Of a stretch of DNA of 64,000 bases, positions 52,501 through 64,000 are shown in pieces. The stretch is taken from assembly GCA_964247055.1 (NCBI GenBank), contig OZ176051.1:10044001-10108000 (forward strand). Reading direction: 5' to 3'. The number at the start of each line of letters is the position of its first letter. Positions within the stretch are counted from its first letter, which is position 1. The position numbers were made by a program, and so were the translations under genes. Under the pieces are notes generated by a model, which was not told where the DNA came from, searched no databases, and saw only the letters and a program-made list of their open reading frames with translations. This DNA comes from Paragordius varius (lineage: Eukaryota; Animalia; Nematomorpha).

Positions 52501-55500
52501 ATTTCGTCCATGCATATTATAAAAGTAACGGGCTGATTGCAGACCCCTGATAGACCCCTTCGTTTATTTTAATAGGACCTGATATTCCCTGGTGTGTTTT
52601 AATTTTGGTTTGGTGTGATTCGTACATGCTTTTTAAAATCTGTAACTTTCAAGGACCTTTTTCCGTCTTAAGCTCCACCATATTGTGCTCCGGGGTATTC
52701 TGTCAAATGCCTTTTTAATATCAATACAAATACCATGCAACTCCTTTTTCATTTCTATATGCTTCTCGATTAGCCTTCTTACTGCAATCGGATCAATGGT
52801 GGATTTTCCTGGAATAAAACCAAATTGATTACCCTCTATACTAACCATTTTTCTTATTCTTTTCTCTAGTACTTTCTCAAATAACTTCATTGTATGCGAC
52901 ATCAATCTTATCCCTCTGTAATTATTACAATCATTAATATCTCCTTTACCCTTGAAAATGGGAACAGTGAAACTCTCCTTCCATTCGGTTGGTATCATAC
53001 CTGTAGTAACTACATTTATAAAAATATCCGCAAAAAATTCAATACCTTTCTCTGACAATATTTTCCAACAGTTTATGTTAATATCGTCTGGACCTGCAGC
53101 CTTATTTATTGACATCTCTTCTAAACCAGCCTGGACTTTTTCTTTTGTTATACTTTCAATATGCGCAGATTTAGAATCTGGTGTTTCGGGTAAACTTGTT
53201 TCACTGACGCCCAATTCAAGATCCTGGAAATATTCTCTCCACCTTTTCAATATTTTCGCTTCCTCAACGAGTAATTTGCCTTTTTTATCTTTAATAGCTG
53301 TCGCGTAAGGTTCTTTGTCGAGCAATTTTAAAAACTTTGTTTAGACCTTGCTTACTGTTTAACTCTTCATATAATGATGCCGTCTTTTCTTTTTTGACCA
53401 ATCTTACAAGCCTTTTAAGTTCCTTATTAATCCTTTTATATTTTTCCTTGTCTTCTGCTTGGTGGGTAAACCTCCATTCTCTCGCGATTTCAGAATTATT
53501 TTTTCGTCTTTCAGCCATGCCTCTCTATAAACCTGATTTCTGCCACCTTTCATTCCGCACACCTTAACTCCCGCCTCTCTTATTTTTTTGCCACCTGAGA
53601 CCAAACACTTTCTGGTTCACTGTTCCTGTCTAGTATGCCTACCGTTTCTACAAATCTTTCTTTACTGTTTCTTAGAGAATCTCATTTAATTACATTCGGC
53701 GCTATAAGCTTAGGCTTTTTGGCATTTATTGGTATATCTGTCATATATTTACACATAATTAAATTGTGTTGTGTGCTAATCTGCAGGTTAGGTATCACTT
53801 TGCAGTCCAAAACAAACTTTAAAGACTTTCGTGGTACTAGAATATAATCGATTTGTGACTTCTTATTTCCACTTTCGTAGGTAATTAAGTGGCTATCCCT
53901 TTTAGAAAAAGTATTTGTTATAGCAAAGTTATAAGATTGGAATCTTAATAAAGTAGCCCCTTCTTCATTTATAACCCCGTAACCTTTTCCGCCGTGCCAA
54001 GGCTCAAAACCTCTCCTATTTTGTCCCACGTGCCCATTGAAATCACCACAAAATATAATTTATCTGTCTTTCGTTAATGAAATCATTTCTGCGTCTAACA
54101 AATCATAAAATTTATCTTTCTCCGGTTTAGTTAACCCTATCTGGGGGGCATAAACGCTAAAGATAGTACAAACCCTCTTATTTAACAATAGGTCGACACT
54201 TATAATTTTACTGTCAGCACGTCTAACCTCAATTACTTGATTGGCAAATCTTGGGCACACTATTATGGCGACCCCACTGTAACCATCCTTAGAACCTGAA
54301 TAAAACATTTTATAATTACCCTCTAACGTCTTAGTACCATTTCCACGGCTGGTCTCCTGAATGCACAAAAAATTTACTTTTTTTACCCTCATAGTTTCAA
54401 CTAAATCATATAACTTACTTTTTAACGAACCAACATTTATACTGGCAAAACACATTATACAACCTTCCTTATCCCTATTGGCCCCTACCTCCGTGCAGCG
54501 ACTGGCCGGGTCTGGCCTGCACGCCTTACAAAAAACTCTCATAAAAAACAAAAATACAATAAATTAGAAGAATAATATAGATGAAAATAAACACTAAAAT
54601 ATATAGTAACTAATATGTAAATGCAACTAAAAAAGAATCAAAAATTTTAACCAAAAATATAATAATAATAAAAAAAAACACAAAAACATACATAAATATA
54701 TATCAAAATAAAATAAAATACGAATCCTAAGAATATTGATTTGGAATATATTATAAAGGTAATTTCGTGCATTTTTTGAATGAATGAGAAAAACTGATAA
54801 AAGATAGAAAAAACTTTGAAAATAAATAAATAGATAACAATAACGTTTTTGAAATTGCCTCAGATGGGTCGAACGCGCGCGCGTAATTGTGTGTTTATTC
54901 CATATACTACTGTGTTGCAAATTGCCCAACTATAGTGTGAAATAAGCTATTAAAATGCATACTGTATGCTTTATAAAAATGCAGAAGCTACAATATTTGA
55001 TGCCGTTTATACATAGGGTGGCGTAAGGAATTAAATAATAATCACAATTTTGTTGACATTTTATATTTTTTCGGTGATCTTTGTCTTATATTACATATGG
55101 CGTTTTCAAAATCATCTATCAAATAGTTATTTTTATTGAGGCTAAACTGAAATACAAGTTTGATATAAATATAGACATATATGTTTAACAGCCATATGTT
55201 TGGTAATGAATTTTTAAACGGTCCAAAAATTTTTAGAAAACGCCCATGTGTCATAGTTAAGTGAAAAGAATCTTTTTCCAATTGAAATATAAGGTCCATG
55301 TAAATGAGCCTGTTGAGCTGGCTCACTAATCGAGATGATTGAGCTTGCCTCATCCTCAAATGGAGAAATTTTTGAGCCTGGTTTCTCCAGGATTAAGGTT
55401 ATTACAAAAGCGATTATCTCGAGAACTGGAAAAAAAATTTGTAATCTGAAAACTGTATTAGCCTAAATAAAGTAAATTTAATCTATATATATATATGGTA

Positions 55501-58500
55501 GGTAATGGAATTGAGCATGTATTAAAAAATATTTTCCAGGCCTTAAGCTTTTCGCCATTGTTAAATTTTACTGTATTCATAAAGATGCACGGATATCTAT
55601 TATAAATTAAACTTTATATAAAAACAACATATAAATCGCCTGCAAAGTGTTCTCCCATATTTATAAAAATCTTAAAAATTCCCGCCTGAAAAACTCAATC
55701 ACCTCCTTTAAAAGTATATTTCCAAATCCGGGTAAATGAGCTTGATAAAGCTCATTCACATGGCCCCTATAAGATCATTTTCTACACCAGTTTTTAACAC
55801 CAATGCATTCATGAAATAGTTTGAGTTTTACACAGCGTCCACAAAAAATAACGAAATATATATTCTGATAGGAAAATGTATTCGTATCATGCTGCTTTTG
55901 GTTTTGGCTCATATCGAGTGTAAGATAATTACACTTTTGTGGTAAGTGATCAGAAAATGCATTTGCGCAGATTTTTTAACATATTTTTTTGATAAAAGCT
56001 AGAGGCATCCTTCAAAAAAATCACTAAAATATAACATAAACCGCATAAAAAGTAAAAAAATATTTTCGAAAAAATTTAATTAAATGACTCCGAAAGTCCG
56101 ATGTTCACCGTCTTAACTAATATTGTGATTTTATACAAAAATGCACCAGAATATTTAAGCAAAAAAAATTAATTTTCTGAAGCCATAGAAATGTTCAGCG
56201 TCTATACAGAAAAGGTTTTTATTATGTAAAGCGTTTTAAACCGTTTACATCAGGATAAAAATAGTATAAATATTCAACAAAATTTCGCTAAAAATTGAAT
56301 ATTTAAAAAAATATGCATTTTTTAAATTTTAGGTGATATCTAAATTTAGCATATATTTAAAATTTTTATCACGCGATTTCGCATTTTTGCGCTAAGAGAG
56401 TTATCCCAATTCAGAAGAGCAAAAAATTTGGGGCTTTCGGATATCCCATCTAAAAATTATTTTTTTTTTGAAAATATTGCTTTGCTTTTTATATGTAGTT
56501 TGTGATATATTTTAGTGATACATGGAAGGAAGCTTCTAGCTTTCACCAAAAGTATTATGCAAATTTTGCCATTTTATGATATGGGGGATTTACCACAAAG
56601 TAAATAATTTTCATAAATCACTCGTAACCAAAACCAAAAGCACCAAGATAATCTTATTACATTTTTCTATCAGGATATATCAGGTTATTTTTTCGATTTT
56701 GGACGCAATGTATATACACATATTTTTCTTATTTATAGCTGATGATACCCAAATTATAGGTTGATATTTTCATGTTATTATATATTTCATACATATATAT
56801 TTTATATTTTTTACCTTTGAAAATTCATAACAATAAAGATTATGCCTGAGAATATTGAAAATATTTTTATCTAAGTGGGAGAGTTTAAAGTTATCGGCCA
56901 TAAGAAAATGAAATTGTAACCTTTACTTTTCGTCCATATAGTTATAACTCCAAAATAAATTTCTGAAAAAATGGACCAAAATATGGCTTTAAGAGTAAAT
57001 CGTTGTCTTATATTTTTAAGTATTAGAGCGTCTATATTTAAATTTACAATACTAAACTGTTAAATATTTGTGTACGATTTTTAAGAGAATTTTTTATAAA
57101 CGTATCAAGCTAAAAAAATAACAATATATCAAACTCGCGTCAATTAAACTAAATTTTCACTTGTTAAGATGGGACCAATATTCACTTCTGTCGGAAGACA
57201 ATTTTATGCTGATATTAAAATAATAATGAATAGTTAAAGAGCTTAACTAAAATTCAAAATCTTGATTCAGCACCCCTTTATTGATGCGCTTAAGGCTGGT
57301 ATACACCCCTTACGATGTTACAAATTGTTATAAATCATTTAAATATATATTAAAAATCAATCTTATAATATTTAGAAACTGCTGCGAACGCCGTGGGTAT
57401 ATTTAATTGAATACATTTTATATTCGTTACAAACAGGAAACTACCTTTAATACAATTTAAATAAGAAAATTACTAAAATTACAAATCCGTTTCATCAAGC
57501 ATTTAAGAATTATTGCATATCTAACTTTGAATGGTGATTAAAAACTATAATTAATTTATTTAATAGAGTGCAGTTAGATTTAATCATAGAAAATTGTTCC
57601 GATATCTGAATAATTGAATATTATTTTACATAGAGATTAAATTATTTGTTGATATTTATATAAATATTTTCCCAAATTTTAAATCTAAAACAATTGTTAC
57701 TATGTTAAAATTGAGAGAATTACGCATTGTATTTATGAAATTTATTAAAAAAAAGCAATGCGTACAAATATAAAAAATATATATTTTAATTTTCGACTTT
57801 TATAGTAAAGTTTTTATCGAAAAAATTTTTTTTAATAAAAGTTACTATGTTGTTGTTGTTGCTGCTAAGATCGGGGTCGATGAATATTAATTCATTCTTC
57901 TTAGATAAAATAACCGGTCTAATTATTGGATAATATATATATATTCAAAAATTTATTGAAAATAATTATTTTGGATTTAAATCCTTTAATTATATTAATT
58001 TTTATTTTTAATTAATATATTATTTAGATAATATAGACACGCAAGACTGTATACATATAACTTATTTGAATGCGTCAAAAATGTTTAAATATTTCTTATT
58101 TTATATGAAACCACCAGTTTAAAAATCAAAAAAATAGGATATATTTTGCATAATGAGCGATAATATCAGTAGCTTTCCGCAGTTATTCTAAAATTCTATT
58201 AGTTTTTATAACAATTTCTAAACTGACAATGTTTTTGAAAAACATATGATTTCACTTATTTTTTATTTAAAAGGAAAAATAAAAGTTGAAAAATAATGAA
58301 AAAATCTAATAAAAATAATTTAGATAATATTTAAATTTTTTCCATGGAATTAAAAAAATTTCTTTAACCAACAATATATATAATATCATATGTTTTCATT
58401 TTTATATTAACAGTAAAACAATACTTTAGGCTTTTTGTCATCCCTTATAATACCTCACAACATTCTATAAAATGCTTTTTAAATTAAAAAAACTGTTTAT

Positions 58501-59714
58501 TGCATTTTATTGTGCATTCACTAAAACAGGGGTGTCCAACACAGGGCCCTCCAAAATATTTTTGCTGCCCGCGAGAAATTTCAAGTATACAAAATTTTAC
58601 AAATTTTTTAAACAATTTTCGAAATAAATTTTTCTGAATATGGCAAAGAACTGGGAATTAAAAATATATTGTAGTTTATACAGTCTTATGTTTAAAATGT
58701 AAAAAAAAATTGTTATTTAACCATTTGTGTAGACATCCCTGCTTTTAAATATTAAAGTTAATATAGAAACGCAAACTTACACTTTTACAACTTTTTGCTA
58801 TAATAATAATAATATTTCTTAAGAAAATTGTTGTGCAAAGACTTGAAAATATATTTGCGGGTTCTATCGCTCCAAATGCAAAGTGTTTCCAAATATTTTC
58901 AATTTTTTAAAGCTGAGTGTTTTGTATCAAAAATACCAATTTGCATAACTACATTTTTGATTAAATATTTCGCTATATTTTTAAATAATATTCAATTTAA
59001 AATTTAGTTATAGATGAAATGGGTAATATATGCATATATACAACGGGCTACATAAAAAGCCTGAACCTGATGTTTAAATTTTTAAATTAGAGAGTTTAAT
59101 GATTGGGTAATCGATTCCACGTATAAAATTAATTTATAGCAATTTTGTTGTTTCTTATGGGCTGTAGAGTACCATATTAAAATGATTAAATATTTACATT
59201 AAGTTAAAAAAAATAAAATACAAATTAATTATCCTTTTTACGGAATAATATTGGTGATTGATAACAATACATTATATTTTGGTATGAAATATTTATGATT
59301 AAAAGGTATGAATTCCAAAAAAATATCTGATGGCCTTAAGAAGGTCCCAGAAATAATTTATCAGAAGCATAGCTTGCATTTCTGGCGCCCTGTGCATAAA
59401 TCCGTGGCGCGCCCTCCCCCCCCATGCGACCCCTTGCATTTTAAAAAATAATCAAATTTAAACCGTGGTCATGACTTCTCATAAATGGATTTTTATATGT
59501 GATTTAAAATAATAACCTATAAATACCTATTTTTTTAAAAAATAAATTAATTTTTTTTTAAATCTGGCGCCCCTTCAACTATGGCACCCGGTGCATCCCC
59601 CCCCAGCTACGCTTTTGTAATTTATTAATATATATCATCCATATATTTATATTCAAATTGATTAGATACCATGGAACGTATATCTAAATTCTATATTCCT
59701 TAGCTGAAGCTTGA
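43501..59714 (+). CDS. Micro-exon gene, paralogue B (start codon not resolved)
   Basis: Exons: 43501-43536, 43592-43618, 43645-43683, 43715-43737, 43808-43898, 43965-43979, 44043-44060, 44143-44151, 44209-44373, [44412-44435], 45678-45692, 45718-45771, 45800-45829, 46488-46499, 46528-46548, 47091-47126, 47152-47175, [47257-47265], 48655-48675, 48708-48728, 48789-48809, 48856-48876, 48903-48923, 48970-48984, 49010-49036, 49062-49076, 49317-49328, 49352-49372, 49404-49424, 49830-49850, 51310-51330, 51409-51429, 56739-56759, 58028-58048, 59008-59022, 59666-59677, 59704-59714 (TGA, aligned with the TAA of A). Exon order and phases match A; lengths differ only by 3n indels. Ends ...ELRKMLD DMVTSFD VMEQMVI EESLHIN ADDTQII DNIDTQD FIDEM DTME PEA*. 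Confidence 0.85.
47260..48470 (-). mobile_element. Degenerate mariner (Tc1/mariner) transposon
   Basis: Left end TA-CCAGGTGTTTTCATAAG; minus-strand remnants LPPLNSPDTSDY (decayed HPPYSPDLAPSDY, ~47495-47535), FWSGIHILPER* (~47365-47400) and KTMLCFLWDQ; ~1.2 kb; right TIR degraded. Confidence 0.8.
51681..54891 (-). mobile_element. Full-length RTE-clade LINE (3.2 kb), frameshifted, antisense in an intron of B
   Basis: 18-bp TSD TGTTTATTCCATATACTA (51663-51680, 54892-54909); APE endonuclease (INVGSL, LCIQET, SVYAPQ, SQIDYILV); RT (KAAGPD, NYRGIRL, NQFGF, DIKKAFD, YADD at 52449-52460); short (ATT)n tail. Confidence 0.95.
55929..56605. mobile_element. MITE, ACCACTTTTGTG-type family
   Basis: TTACACTTTTGTGGTAAG ... 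TTTACCACAAAGTAA termini. Confidence 0.55.
58527..58741. mobile_element. Short hAT-like MITE
   Basis: CAGGGGTGTCCAACAC / GTGTAGACATCCCTG imperfect TIRs; TSD only 5/8. Confidence 0.5.
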
Positions 59715-59759
59715 ATTCCTTCATAGATGATGATTTAAGCAATTTGTAATAAATGTGCT

Positions 59760-59765
59760 AATAAA
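59760..59765 (+). promoter_or_regulatory. Polyadenylation signal of paralogue B
   Basis: GCTAATAAATTT context homologous to the A signal; a second AATAAA at 59748-59753. Confidence 0.65.
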
Positions 59766-60073
59766 TTTGATTTAGTTAAATTTTAAACAACGCGATCATT
59801 AATTTTACGTATTACTGTTGTGCATTTAGGGTGACTAAAACTTATGCTAAAAGGAAGTGTTTTATTAAAAACTGAAATTTGTTTAATTTGCAAATTCATT
59901 TACTAATAAAACTTGAGAGAACTAAACGGTGCAACGATTTTGGCCTTAACTTAGAAGTTCTTATAAAAATGTTAATTACTTTCAATGTATAGAATTAAAA
60001 AGATTTTTTTATCAAATAATAGAATATAACCATTAATTATACATCTTTGCTCCAATTTTATATCCATAAAGAG

Positions 60074-61199
60074 CAGGGCTTGGAACCAGTTAAAAAAAGT
60101 GGAACCGGAACCGCTTTGGTTCTCAAGAATTTAAAAAAAGAACCGGGCCGTTCCTGAATTTTTGGAACCGGGGTGGTTCCCGGGGAAATGGAACCGGAGC
60201 CGCGTTGGTTCCTAATAGATTTAGCGGTTCCGGAACCGGTTCTTTACATTGTGAACCGGTTCTTTTCGGTTCCTGACTTTTGGTTAAATAATTTACAAAA
60301 TTAATATTATAATAATACCAAGATAAACAATTATAAATCTAACAATTTATAATAAATTGCCAAAAGTATAGAGAGAGAAATATACTGTAGCATAATAAAT
60401 TAAACAAATATAATAATATTATGGGATGTATTAGTAAAAAGGTATAAATTGAGAGTTAAATTAAGTATGGCATCTAAAAAAAATTTATTTAACTTTAAAA
60501 AATTATTGCACCATAACAATCGCTGGTCAAACTGCTTCTCAGGTCTAAAAATAGAAAATTAAGGGTAAAAAAAACCCTTTCAACGGAGATCTATATACAC
60601 GAACCTATAAACTCGACTTATGACTATGAGCCAAATGGCCCAAAATTCAGAGAGTATTGCTATTATAATATTAGGCGCTTAGTTTTAGGTTTAAAGTTTG
60701 AAGTAGTAATATGTAGTGGTACAATCAAATTTAAATAATAGCATAAAATTTTTTACAGTAATAATCGATATTATACGGACAAAACATAAAAATTTAAAGA
60801 CAATTTTTTTAAAAGACAACTATACTTTTTTAAACCTTAATTTATCCTATAACTATTAATTAATATTGTAAATATATAATTGATTGTATTACAAAATTAC
60901 ATTTCTGTATTATAATTTGTAGATTAAAACAATGAGTTATTTGAAAAAAACAAGATATTTTGAAAAAAGATTTGTTTTATATTTTTTGTCAGTATAATTT
61001 CAATTTTTACTGTATAATAAAAATCATATGGGAACCACTGATTAAGGATGTGGAACCGGAACCGGGTTGGTTCCTAAAAATTTATAAATAGAACCGGGGT
61101 GGTTCCCGAGGAAATGGAATTAGAACCGCGTTGGTTCCATCCCAATGGAGCCTTGTTAAAATCCCAGGAGCCGGGTTCCGGTTCCGGTTCCAAACCCTG
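60074..61199. mobile_element. Non-autonomous TIR element with GGAACC/GGTTCC subterminal arrays
   Basis: TIR CAGGGCTTGGAACC / GGTTCCAAACCCTG; flanking direct repeat AAAGAG (60068-60073, 61200-61205); many GGAACC(G) motifs in both orientations near both ends. Confidence 0.8.
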
Positions 61200-61736
61200 A
61201 AAGAGTATTAAATCCTAAAATTACCATTTGTCATTTAGGTACAGTATGTTCTAAATAAAAAAAGCCGGGAATATATTTTTTAATGTTTAAAAGTAATTAA
61301 AAAATATCGAAATCAGAAAAAATATCAGTCATGAGCATTTTTAAGCAATCATTCAATTAAAATTAACTTGAGCATGAATAGAGCTATAAGAAGGCAGTTT
61401 TAGGGGCGTGGTTACTCAGGGTTACGCCTTTTCTAAAAAAATTATAAAATTTTCAAGCACACCTATAAAGCAAAAGTTAGTATGGTTATTATTGATTGAA
61501 TATATAAATTAAAAGACATAATACACGCTAAATCGCGAAACGGTCAAATACTAATGGTTATTTAAAAACTATAAAATTATAAAACTATTTTTATGACGTC
61601 GAAAAATTCAACTAAAGGGATATTGGATTATGAGGTAATTTAAAAAAATTAGGATTAATACAATAATTTAGACATAAAATATTTTAAAAGTGCTTTTTGT
61701 AAAAACATTTAATAACCTTTTATGTGTATACATATA

Positions 61737-62200
61737 TTAAGACTTGGATACAACAGATTTATTTCAGTTCTTCAATACGAATTGGGGTAGTTGCATACCC
61801 ATGCCGGTTTAAAATTAATAAATAAAAGTAGGAATCGATATGGCAAAAGTTTTACTTATATAACATTAATGAACTAAAACATAAAAATTCAATACTTGAT
61901 ATTACTTATTTTAAGGTAAAACCCAAAAAATTTCATTAGCAAAATTTAAAAATAATACAAAATAAATTAGATGCAATTTATATTAAAAATAGCTCTAATT
62001 TTAGCTTTAAAATTAAATAAACTTGCTATAAAAATGTTGTAAAATAAAAATGGCCCCGAAGTAGTTTGTGATGGAACTTTTTTTTCAAAACTGTTTATAG
62101 ATATTTCGGCTTATTTATATAATTTTAATTACAATCGAGGAACAAATTTAAATCCAGACCGTTTCTTTCAGCAGTTTGTCAATAATATTAGCTTAAATTT
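61737..62200. mobile_element. Diverged copy of the TTAA-CAC-terminus MITE
   Basis: TTAAGACTTGGATACAAC...GGGGTAGTTGCATACCC and downstream blocks colinear with 16440-17014; 3' TIR not evident. Confidence 0.6.
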
Positions 62201-64000
62201 AGTCATTTTACGCGTTTCGCTTCTAAAAAACTTATAACTAAAATGGCAATCAGATGATTGGCGTCTAATTTGATTTATATGGTGTCTCCCAAGATTTTTT
62301 GTAGATTATGTATATACATCCACATACAAAAATTTGAGACTATTCATATATATAAACGGACTCCAAAATTACTATGGAATGAAGAGTTAATTTGTGAAGT
62401 ATAATCTACAAATATTATTCATGATTTTCGCTAGATATGCAATTTTTTGATTTCAGGAAAACAATTAATATTTTCAAGAACGATTGTTGACCTCTACGCA
62501 TTTAAAAATTTAATATTCTTACACTTAATAATTTTAACTGTATAAATAATATTAAATACCTTTTTAATAAAAAATATGCTATAAACATATATAATAACAC
62601 TGGACAACAAATTTTTCTGCCATTCGAGTTTTTTGAATTTTCTGATATTTAGTATCATTTTAACAGAAAATCTGAAATAAAAATTATAACTCGTTGGAAG
62701 AATTTTGTATAATTTGATTTTTTTTTAATTATGCGCCCTCTTTATCAAAATTTTACTAAAAAATATTTTTCTTTTAAAATATACAAGTAATGCCCATTTG
62801 TAATATATCATTCGAAAGAGTAATAAAAACTCTATAAATTGCATACTAATATGTATTACATCGACAGTTAATATTGGACTTAAAGACCGACAAACGCGCG
62901 AAGCGAGAGCATTTTTTTAAATTATTATATTTTTAAAACTAATGGATGAAAATAGCTCAAACTTTGTTTAGATGGTGATGAATGTCCAAAAAAAATAACA
63001 CAAGAAAGTTTTTTTGATTAAAACATAATTTTATTGCTTTTATGTCACTCAAAACAGCCATTTTTAAGTTTTTTGTTTTTTAAAAACTACCATCTCATCA
63101 ATATTAATTTATTTTCTTTATAATGCTGATAATTTCGAAATTTTAAAGATAAAAACAAAGTTTAAGGTATTTTTGATCTTTTATAGCCATTATGTAATAA
63201 ATTTACAGTTATAACTATGCATTTTAGTATCCACTAGGTAAAATATTTATGATAATAATAATTTTTATTAAAAAAGCAAGCCAAAAGCTTTTTCAATCAT
63301 TTTTTTTAAATTAAATACTAATATAACCCTAATAATTATATTAAAATAATTTATATGATTTTCAAATTAGTTTGTCTGTGAAAATTCTTGACTTATTTAA
63401 GGATTGAAAATTTCGACCATTTAAATCCAAATAACTTTTACATCCGATTGATTTAAATGATGTACTACCATTTATAAGATGCAGTTTTTTCCGCTCTTTC
63501 GAATGATATAAAATACATGGCTTCATATCTAGAACTTTTAATTTTCGAAATTTAGAGTTTAATGTTAAATCGGGGCCAAAAATTATCGATAAACTCTAAT
63601 ATAAAAAAATTCTTGCATGCTAGACCAATTTTCTTTTCAGATATACTAATTATGTACTTTAATGAAATAAATTTTAAATTTACAAGAATGGCAGTTAAAA
63701 AAAGTTAAAATTTGTTTTCCAGTGTAATTTAAACGGTCGTACACCTCGTATTAGTTTTTTATTAATTACTCACTATATAATTTTCTATTATTATAATTAT
63801 ATCTGGATGCTTCATATATTGATATACCTACTTATTCTGGCAAAACAGAGTAAGAAACCGATCAATAAAATTTAGAGATATCGCGATACAGTCATCATTT
63901 TGAATAAAAAAATGCAAACAAAAATCTATATAAAGACAAAGACTTTGAATTATTTTATATATTTAAAAGAACAAAAATATATATTATATTTTATAGGTTT

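Noticed and set aside
51904-54567. Plus-strand ORFs overlapping the RTE (51904-52125, 52952-53308, 53337-53567, 53635-53847, 54361-54567)
   Set aside because: Antisense shadows of the LINE coding strand; the same applies to 27577-27771 and 27645-27851.
15700-59930. A/B duplication as an assembly artefact (uncollapsed haplotypes)
   Set aside because: Introns are strongly diverged, TE insertions are copy-specific and the proteins differ at many residues, far more than expected for alleles.

Overview
Very AT-rich eukaryotic DNA, probably from an invertebrate animal. The basis is a metazoan-type tRNA-Val(AAC) and Mag-type Ty3/gypsy, RTE, mariner, hAT and Helitron elements; no prokaryotic operon or CRISPR array is present. 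The main structure is almost invisible in the ORF track: two diverged tandem paralogues on the + strand (copy A ~18.8-36.8 kb, copy B ~43.5-59.7 kb). Aligning them by eye gives ~36 coding exons each. Almost all are phase-1 symmetric micro-exons of 9-39 nt (13-14 are exactly 21 nt = 7 aa). Many are separated by GT-AG introns of only 23-39 nt, others by kb-scale TE-filled introns. The spliced frame stays open to a shared stop (...EPEA*). The predicted ~360-aa protein has a sequon-rich N-terminus, a Gly-rich hydrophobic segment, an Ala/Ser/Gln-rich linker, amphipathic heptad modules and an acidic tail. I recognise no family. The architecture resembles schistosome micro-exon genes combined with ultra-short introns. 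The window also holds a decayed but structurally complete LTR retrotransposon, a full-length RTE LINE, a 3.5-kb intronic hairpin, a mariner inserted in a micro-exon, a Helitron and several MITE families. All gene models come from sequence comparison alone, with no RNA evidence, and the 5' ends are unresolved.
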